A DNA stretch of 39,947 nucleotides, from positions 1-39,947 of the IMG/VR virus record IMGVR_UViG_3300016722_000138. The stretch is one strand, 5' to 3'. This DNA is from a virus. Taxonomy: Duplodnaviria > Caudoviricetes. A model generated the notes under the pieces. The model made no database searches. It saw only the letters and a program-made list of their open reading frames with translations, and had not been told where the DNA came from. Positions within the stretch are counted from its first letter, which is position 1; each line of letters starts with the position of its first letter. Shown piece by piece: positions 18,314 through 25,700 of the stretch. The translations under genes and the position numbers were made by a program.

Positions 18314-18754
18314 TTATTTTTCCTCCCATGGCGCGTTGAGCCATTTGACCAGTTCCCTAGAGGAGTCGGTCTCGAATATCGTTTCCTCCCATTGGCCTTC
18401 GCCATCGGGCGTCCTGCCAAAGACCGCGTATTTGCTCTTGTTCCAGAGGCAGTCGATTTGGATTGTCAATTGGACGTTTCCGCTGTCGATTGCGCATATC
18501 CTGAAGTCATCGTAGAGCGGTCCGTTGAGCGGGCAGTTGTTTTTGAAGAAGACATAGGTGTTGTCTAGGTCGACCTTACCGCCGTCTCTGATTTGCTTGA
18601 TGATTCTTCCCATCTTGTAGGTCTTGTTCTTGAGGGATGTGTCCCTGCAGAACCAATCGAACCAGCCGGCCTCGATTTGGGTTCGTCTGTCGGCGAGTTC
18701 GTAGACTCCGTCATTGAATGAGAATATCCATTTTCTTAGCGTTTGCTTTTCCAT
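18314..18754 (-). CDS. Conserved phage hypothetical protein
   Basis: AGWFDWFC and YVFFKNNCP..GPLYDDFR motifs; RBS present. Confidence 0.65.
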   Translation of the reverse strand: MEKQTLRKWIFSFNDGVYELADRRTQIEAGWFDWFCRDTSLKNKTYKMGRIIKQIRDGGKVDLDNTYVFFKNNCPLNGPLYDDFRICAIDSGNVQLTIQIDCLWNKSKYAVFGRTPDGEGQWEETIFETDSSRELVKWLNAPWEEK

Positions 18755-18769
18755 TTTCGTTTCCTCTTT

Positions 18770-18997
18770 TTAATGGTTCTCTGCTTCGAGAATCATGTTC
18801 AATGCCTCTTCGGCTTCGGCGTCGGTTGGCTCGATGTCCCATCCTCTTTCGTAGTTGCAGACTATTTTGTTTCCGCACTTAATCATGAGTTTTGAAATTC
18901 GGCCACCGTCGATTCCGTAGACGCTTCCGGTGTCGTATTGCTTAATCCAGTAACGGTAGGTTTTGCCGTTGACCTTCAATGTTCCTTCTTTCCACAT
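18770..18997 (-). CDS. Conserved small phage protein (DUF7678-like)
   Basis: MWKEG...S.YGI.GGRISKL...YERGWD.EP motif. Confidence 0.6.
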   Translation of the reverse strand: MWKEGTLKVNGKTYRYWIKQYDTGSVYGIDGGRISKLMIKCGNKIVCNYERGWDIEPTDAEAEEALNMILEAENH

Positions 18998-19009
18998 ATC
19001 CGGTTTCTC

Positions 19010-19270
19010 CTATTCGATGTTCTCGAGTCCGTCTTCGGCCTCTTGGAGCGAGCTGACCGCTTCCTCGACCGTGCTGGCGGTGTCATCGAGCCATTCTTGT
19101 CTTTCTTCCTGTAGGCCGGTCAATTCTGACCTTCCTTCGTAGGATTCGATGTCCCCGGATTCGCTTTCGATGTCGCTTTGGAGATCTTCTAGCTCAACCC
19201 TGAGGTCGCTGATCTTTTCCTTGAGTTCCTCGATGCGTTTCTTGAGCTGGGTTTTTGTGTAGTTTGCCAT
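19010..19270 (-). CDS. Acidic coiled-coil hypothetical protein
   Basis: Start at ATG 19270 after AAAGGAGG; heptad-rich and very acidic. Confidence 0.65.
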   Translation of the reverse strand: MANYTKTQLKKRIEELKEKISDLRVELEDLQSDIESESGDIESYEGRSELTGLQEERQEWLDDTASTVEEAVSSLQEAEDGLENIE

Positions 19271-19295
19271 GTCGTTTTCCTCCTTTGGCATACAC

Positions 19296-19330
19296 ATATA
19301 TCCCTCTAAAAAAGCACTATAGCAACTCAA
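19296..19330 (-). promoter_or_regulatory. Promoter-like motif shared with the recombinase operon
   Basis: TTGAGTTGCTA-N8-TTTTAGAGGGATATAT; near-identical copy at 36577-36611 (+). Confidence 0.55.
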
Positions 19331-19334
19331 TTCG

Positions 19335-20588
19335 CTAGTTATTATCGAGGTTTTTTGCTTGTTCCAAAACTGAGGCGAAATCATCAATCTCGCTTAGCGG
19401 GGTTTCATTTCCGTCACGGAGCAAAATGCAGTCTTTGAGGTCGCCTTTCATCTTGATGTAGCGCTTCACGATGACGTCGGCGTATTTCTCGTCGAGCTCC
19501 ATGATGAAGCAGGTCCTTTCGGCTTGGTCGCTCGCGATAAGCGTAGAGCCACTACCGCCGAATAGATCCAGGACGAGCTGTCCTTTCAAAGACGAATTGT
19601 TGATCGCCCTTCCGACGAGCTCGAGTGGCTTCATCGTAGGGTGCAAGTCATTATGCTTTGGCTTGTCGTATTCCCAGACGGTAGATTGGGTTCTGTCGTC
19701 CACGAAGTAATGAGCGCCATTGGGCTTCCAGCCATAAAGGATCGGTTCGTGTTGCCATTGGTAGTCCTGACGGCCGAGAGTAAACGAGTTCTTGGCCCAG
19801 ATGAGGCATTCGGCCAATTTGAAGCCGGCTTCCTTGAAAGCGAGCCTGAAGTTGAGCCCTTCGCTATCGGCGTGGCATACATAGATGGAACCGCCGTCCT
19901 TTAGTGAATTGAATAAGTTTTTATAGACGAGGAATAGGAAGTCATGGAATTCGTTGTCTCCCATGTCGTCGTTTTGGATCGATTGTCCGTCGCTCCCCTC
20001 GTAGTTGACGTTATAAGGCGGATCGGTGAAGACCATGTCGGCAGTTTCGCCGTTCATGAGCTTACTGACCGTTTCAGGATCCGTGGAGTCCCCGCACATG
20101 ACGCGGTGTTTTCCTAATAGATAGATATCGCCTTGCACGGAATGAGGCTCATCGGTGAGGTATTGCCCCTCGTCGAATTCGTCGTCGGTGACTTCTTTGA
20201 AGTCGCTGGCGAAGATATCGTCGAAACCAATGTCGGTCATATGCATACCTAACGCTTCCCAGTCGATGTTGCGTAGCTCTTCGTCGAGCTTCTTCTTGTC
20301 CCATCTTGCTATCTCGCCTGTCTTGTTGTCGGCGAGCCTGAGCGCGTTTGCTTGGTCTTCGGATAAGTCCTCGGCAATTAAAACAGGGACCAATTTGAGT
20401 CCCAGTTTCTCGCTTGCCTTTAGTCTTGTGTGACCGGCGATTATCACCATGTTCTTATCGACGATTATCGGGTTGCGGAATCCGAACTCGTGGATCGAAT
20501 TGGCGACTTGTTCCACCGCCTCATCGTTTATTCTTGGATTGTTTTCGTAAGGTATGATCTTACTTATTTCCATCATTTGAACTTCCAC
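19335..20588 (-). CDS. ParB-like domain + N6/N4 DNA methyltransferase (beta class)
   Basis: PYENNPR and IIAGHTRL (ParBc); FTDPPYN; HPTMKP; LDLFGGSGSTL. Confidence 0.93.
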   Translation of the reverse strand: MEVQMMEISKIIPYENNPRINDEAVEQVANSIHEFGFRNPIIVDKNMVIIAGHTRLKASEKLGLKLVPVLIAEDLSEDQANALRLADNKTGEIARWDKKKLDEELRNIDWEALGMHMTDIGFDDIFASDFKEVTDDEFDEGQYLTDEPHSVQGDIYLLGKHRVMCGDSTDPETVSKLMNGETADMVFTDPPYNVNYEGSDGQSIQNDDMGDNEFHDFLFLVYKNLFNSLKDGGSIYVCHADSEGLNFRLAFKEAGFKLAECLIWAKNSFTLGRQDYQWQHEPILYGWKPNGAHYFVDDRTQSTVWEYDKPKHNDLHPTMKPLELVGRAINNSSLKGQLVLDLFGGSGSTLIASDQAERTCFIMELDEKYADVIVKRYIKMKGDLKDCILLRDGNETPLSEIDDFASVLEQAKNLDNN

Positions 20589-21045
20589 TGTTCCATTCCT
20601 CCTTCTGATCTAGTTTTTCTTTCCTTAGTTCCAAAGAAATAGCGTCGTCTCTCCATTTCGGACCATAGAACTTATCCAAAATGTAAATGAGGACGTTGGC
20701 GTTTGGCTCGTGGTAGAGTTCGAACTCGTTGATCGAGTATTTGTCCTCTCCCTTCTTGCCCTTGTACATTTGTTTGCGGAAGCTTTTAGTCGAATAGCCG
20801 TGGCCAATCTTAACCAAATCGCGGATGCAATTGGTCATCTCCCAGATGTTATCCGGGGCGTTTGCATAGGCGACGTCGGCATGGGCCTTCTTCATTTCCT
20901 TGTAGTCTTTGAGGCTGATTTCCAAATACTTAGCAATCTGCGCCTCGGTTACCCCGGCCTTAATCAATAAAGAAATAATGGCGAGGTTGTCCTTGAGCTT
21001 CCCACTTTCGGTCCACGCAAGGTAGAGATCTTTCTTGTTTGACAT
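20560..21045 (-). CDS. HTH protein resembling a terminase small subunit N-terminus
   Basis: G.TE.QIA.YL.IS HTH, followed by GY and PN....Y.L....P.WRD segments; AGGAGG RBS. Confidence 0.55.
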   Translation of the reverse strand: MSNKKDLYLAWTESGKLKDNLAIISLLIKAGVTEAQIAKYLEISLKDYKEMKKAHADVAYANAPDNIWEMTNCIRDLVKIGHGYSTKSFRKQMYKGKKGEDKYSINEFELYHEPNANVLIYILDKFYGPKWRDDAISLELRKEKLDQKEEWNSGSSNDGNK

Positions 21046-21067
21046 AGTAATTCCTCCTTTTGGTTTT

Positions 21068-21220
21068 GGTGCTCCCTAGTAGCACCGCTTTTGTCAAAAA
21101 AGCAATGATGTACTACGGATTCCCGCAAGAAAAAAGAGGACCGTAAGCCCTCTTAGATCCTAGGCGTGTGCCAGTATCTCAACGATTCATCCAGATACAA
21201 TAATGGATGTTAACCGTAGT
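21068..21220 (-). promoter_or_regulatory. Structured leader with pseudoknot and intrinsic terminator upstream of the late/methylation operon
   Basis: CAUCCA/UGGAUG stem whose loop GUAUC pairs with downstream GAUAC; GGC-ACAC-GCC; AAGAGG...CCUCUU plus U-tract (21130-21154); long-range ACUACGG/CCGUAGU. Confidence 0.5.
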
Positions 21221-21316
21221 CTACTCAAAATCGGCGTTTTTAACAATTTGAGCCGGACAAGTATTTTGAGAAAAAACCTAGATTAATACTAAAGTATTAA
21301 AAATTATCGAAAAAAA

Positions 21317-21730
21317 TTACGCCTGATATTCTTTGATTTTGTCCGGCCAGCGTTTCCGGATTTCCTCGAGCAGGTCGCTCGCCATCTTCGGATCGTCTTG
21401 GACCATCCTTCTCACGCAATCGTTAGCTTCTTTGATCTTGTCGTTGGTGAAATAGACATAGCAAAGTTGCATCTGGAGTTCGGAGCCGGCATGCAAACGG
21501 CATCTGTCGAACCACTCGAAAGCGATCTTCAGGCTTGGTTCCCTTTGGATCCCGCAGTAATTGCACATGCCGATGTTGAACTCGGCTCGTGGGGTTCCAC
21601 TGCTGGCGATCTCCTCCATCCGGTCGACGTCACTTCTGGTCGCCGTCTCGCATTGAAGCTTCCGTTCGATTTCGATGATTTCCATCACTTCGTCTTTTAG
21701 TCTCGTATAGTCTACTTTGGCCTTTTTCAT
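21317..21730 (-). CDS. SEL1/TPR-like repeat protein
   Basis: AEFNIG.C.Y.G......K.AF.WF matches the SEL1 repeat pattern. Confidence 0.6.
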   Translation of the reverse strand: MKKAKVDYTRLKDEVMEIIEIERKLQCETATRSDVDRMEEIASSGTPRAEFNIGMCNYCGIQREPSLKIAFEWFDRCRLHAGSELQMQLCYVYFTNDKIKEANDCVRRMVQDDPKMASDLLEEIRKRWPDKIKEYQA

Positions 21731-21853
21731 AAAAGCACCTCCTACTATCTAATAGGAGGAAAAATCGAAAAAGTGCCAAAATATTTTTTTAGTTTCGCTT
21801 TTACTACTTTGTAGTAACTTTTTTTCAAAATAATCCTAAATATTCCGGACGTA

Positions 21854-21945
21854 TGAAAACGCGGAGTTAAGCAACCCCGCGTCCTCTTTATTCTATTTTG
21901 TGTATTAGAACGTACCTATCAAACCGAAGTAACACAGATTATTTC
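21854..21945 (-). repeat. 92-bp cassette-end element, copy A (contains terminator hairpin)
   Basis: Ungapped 71/92 match to 28308-28399 by manual count; - strand hairpin ACGCGGGG...CTCCGCGT-TTT. Confidence 0.85.
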
Positions 21946-21961
21946 GCATTGGAAACAGGCT

Positions 21962-22723
21962 TTATTTCTCGCCTTTAAGAATCTCGTTTTTAGCAACAAC
22001 AGCGTCAATCAAAGTCATGTCACAACCACTGTCGTGTCCTTGCTTTTGAATGGAGGCTATATCCTTTGGAAGGCAACTGCCGGAATATCCCGGATTATCT
22101 TCATAGACAAAAGTATGGCTGGTGCCGATTCTTGGATCGGCGGTCCATATCTCCCTCACCTGATTGTAATCAAGGCCCAGCTTCTTGCAGACTTGATACA
22201 TCTCATTGCAGAAGACGACCTTTGTCGCCAGATATGAATTTTCCATGTATTTCGCCATTTCTACCTCATCACTAGGCGCTTGAAGTATCCTGACATTAGA
22301 ATTCATCACCGTTTTGTACGCCTCTATGGCCAAATTGATGGCTTCTCTTGTTCCACCGAAAGAGAGCCAAGTCCTATCAGATAGATTAGCGAATGGGTGT
22401 GCCACCGTTTCACCGTAATACTCTGGCTGGAAAACGATCATCTTTTTGTATTTCTCTGACATTTCCCTAGTGAACCCAATTCTGACTGTTGACCTCAAAA
22501 TAAGAAGTCTACATTTGGATTCCTTGATCACCTCTTCCACGATCGAGGTATCGCAACTCCCGTCGTCCATTTTTGGAGTCGGGACGCAGACGAAAGCGAC
22601 ATCACATTGGTTGATGGCCTCCATAGATCCGATACCCTTGCCTTTGTCATAGACAACTGCATCCTTGAATAACTCGTGCATTGCGGTCCCAACGTGTCCG
22701 CATCCTATAATTCCTATTTTCAT
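21962..22723 (-). CDS. UDP-glucose/GDP-mannose dehydrogenase family protein (short form without the C-terminal domain)
   Basis: GCGHVG Rossmann motif, FVCVPTP, RSTV, PEY, EMAKYMEN.YLA.K and GYSGSCLPKD catalytic Cys motif. TAATG overlap with the upstream gene. Confidence 0.9.
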   Translation of the reverse strand: MKIGIIGCGHVGTAMHELFKDAVVYDKGKGIGSMEAINQCDVAFVCVPTPKMDDGSCDTSIVEEVIKESKCRLLILRSTVRIGFTREMSEKYKKMIVFQPEYYGETVAHPFANLSDRTWLSFGGTREAINLAIEAYKTVMNSNVRILQAPSDEVEMAKYMENSYLATKVVFCNEMYQVCKKLGLDYNQVREIWTADPRIGTSHTFVYEDNPGYSGSCLPKDIASIQKQGHDSGCDMTLIDAVVAKNEILKGEK

Positions 22724-25700
22724 TATTTCTTCCTCCATACTATTTTCGTGTGTTTTCTATTGTATTTATCGATGTTTTCTTTAATAACTTTTATAGCTTC
22801 TTCTATTGTAGAAACTCCCATAACGACATCGTTTTTATTCCCGAGGTACCTTTCCCTTTCGTCAATCGGCATTCCAGCGAGTTTCTCGCTCCAACCACCG
22901 AAGTTCGTGAATGAGACGATGAGTTTGAATAGTTGCCACGCCATTGCTATCTCAGACAACGTTCCAGCCCCACCGCCAATCGAGATGACGGCATCCGCAT
23001 CCACTACTTTTCCGTTTCTTAAGATATCCAAACCCGTAGGAATTACAACGTCGGCATAATCATTAACCTCTTTTTCGTTGTTTGATGGGATTATCGCTAT
23101 AGTGTCTCCCTTTGAGTATTTGGAGGAATCCTTGGCGCCTTTCATGCTGGCTTCCATCACGCCTCCTAAGCCTCCGGTCTGGACTTTGTATCCGTTATCG
23201 ACCAGAGCCTTTCCTAACTCATAGGCGAGTTGGTATTCCTCCGAATCCTTAGGTATGTTGCTATCGCCAATCACGGCTATCGTTTTCTTCATGTCGTTTT
23301 CCTCCGTTCTTTTTAAGAGTCTCTTCCTCATGTTGTATGAGTTGTTATTCCCATATTTGTTTGTTTTGTTTGAATTGTCTGGTGATGGATCGAAGTAATA
23401 GATCAAATCGTGGATCGCTATCGGATTTGTCGCATGTTCCACTATCGGGAGCATCATGGCATAGTCAGTGGCTATGTCGACGTACTTGCCGTCCAGCTTT
23501 AGATCTTCTTGAATCCAATTGCACATATATCTTCTAAAACACTTAGGATGTAGCCAGATGTTATCTCCATTTCTTTCCCAAGATTTCTTGAATCCGACAA
23601 CCTCGTATCTCCTTAAAGGCTTATCGGCTCGGAAACAACCTCCGACGGTCACGTCAGCGCCTTCGTCGAAATGTGACTTAATCGTGCTGAGGGCCTCATC
23701 GGAAAGAAGGCAATCATCGTTGTCTACGTTCACTATTATCGTTTCCGGGTTAACGGACATTCTCTTGTAAAAGAATTCAAGATTGGATAATGAGCCTACT
23801 CTCGTTTCATTGAAAACGGCATGAACTTTGCCTTTGAAATATGGGTCATGTTTGAATAAACACTTAGCATATTCTTTTGATAAATCATCCGAGGCATCAT
23901 CGAAATAAGCTATGTCAAAATCCTGATAGGTTTGCCTCTTGAACGAATCGAAAAGTCTGCGGAGTTTCTCGGGGCTCGCATTCCTTCCCCTGACGAAGAT
24001 AATCATGTCGCCATTTAGCTTTTCCGACCACTCGCTTTCTGTTCCGGATAGATTGACGTTTCCATATTGTTTAGATGGGATTTGCAGATCATTTTCGATA
24101 AAATATCGCACTTTTGATAGGAAATTTGGTATTTTTTTCGTTTCGTTTTCTGGGTGTATAAAGAATAGTTTGTTTGAAACAAGTCTAATTGAATCGGTTT
24201 CCTTTAAAGAGCTGTCAAGCGCTCTATGCCAAGGAAGATCATACGTTCCGTTAACGACCGGATTATCAAGGGGAATAACGCTGTCTAGTTTTTTCAAATC
24301 CAAGAAGCAAGATCGAACCTCCACTCTCCCTCCGGTAGTAATCTCTCCGGCATTTTTCGTTGCTATGCTAAGCGAAAGCGTCAAGGCGCTTCTATCTTTC
24401 ATCTCCTGCAACGCCAAAGCCATGCCATCATTAGATTTATTGAAATAAATGATGTCCGAATCGGTTTGAAACAAATATCTCGTTTTAATGGAATCAAAAC
24501 CGACCAAAGTCGCTAGTATCTGCTGGCTTTTTCTCGAGTAAGAATCTGTCGCCGTTGCCTTAAAGAACTTGCTATATAATCTTTCTTTTTCCTTGCTTGA
24601 CGAATAAATGATTCTATCAATGTAGCCTTGTTCCTTGAGCTTGTTTATCGCACGATCAAAGGCATCCTTATCGTCTTCATCGTAACGCCTGTTTCTGTTT
24701 TGCTTTCCTTCATCAACAACGACTATTCTTTCCGCAAAGGAGGAGTTCTTCTCGAGCTGATTCACGATATGCACGACGTTTTCGTAGATGGATGAATGCT
24801 CCATGTAATTTGCTTTGATAAGCAACGAGCAATCTTCCAATAAAGGTTTAGCCTTCTTTTTGCATACGAAGAAAAGATGCTCGCCTATGAAGTGGAGTGT
24901 ATCTATGTTGATTCCGCTGTCCTCGCAGGTCCTAATTATCTCGAATCCGCATTCCGATAGCAGTCTTTCATAATAAGCGAAAGGCCTGTGGTATTCTTTC
25001 CTCTGCCCATAGATGTCTTTTTTGTAATAAACGGAGTTGCTGGAATAATTAGAATCGTATCCACTTCTTCTGGTTTCCGTCTTTTGTATGTCATCGAAGA
25101 AAGGATCACAGATGCTGAACACGACGATGCCGGAATCTCTAACCAATCCGCTAATTCTGCTCGCTATGTACCTATTCCATTTTTCATCGGTACAACACAG
25201 GACCTTGTTGCAATTAACTAAGTCAAATTTCCTATCTAATTTTTCGATGTCTTTAACGATGTGAACGGATTTGTCAGCCCTGTTTTCTATCGTTTTCAAA
25301 TCAACATCATAAACATATGAGTCGATTGCGTTGCAGATTCTATTGGCTATTTTGCATTTTCCGGCGCCATAGTCCAAGAAATCCTTAGGCTTGGTATCTT
25401 CGATTATATTATAGATAACAGGATCATGGACCTGCTCTTTATATCTTCTCTCCAGGAGTTTTTCAAACGCCTCCATGCCAAAATCTATCTCCTTGCTTTG
25501 ACCGAGGTAAGATTTGGATATCATCTCTTTGTATTCGGCCATTGAAAGTTCGGGATACCTAAGCATCTGGTATGTCCTTTCGATGCTTCTCTGGTATTTT
25601 TCTTCGTCGAAAGCCTCGATGTTTTTCCCATAATCTATGTATTTAAGTTCCTTGTCGAAAAGTAGGAAGTTTGTCCTTTTAATATTCGTGAGAACCAGTC

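Noticed and set aside
21068-21220. Known SAM riboswitch call
   Set aside because: Conserved cores of SAM-I, SAM-II and SMK box are not recognisable; kept only as an unassigned structured leader.
21905-21949. Mini-ORFs MRNNLCYFGLIGTF and MLMKRNNWCYFRLIDTKQC inside the two 92-bp elements
   Set aside because: No SD, and differences between the copies are mostly non-synonymous; similarity is explained by DNA-level repeat identity.
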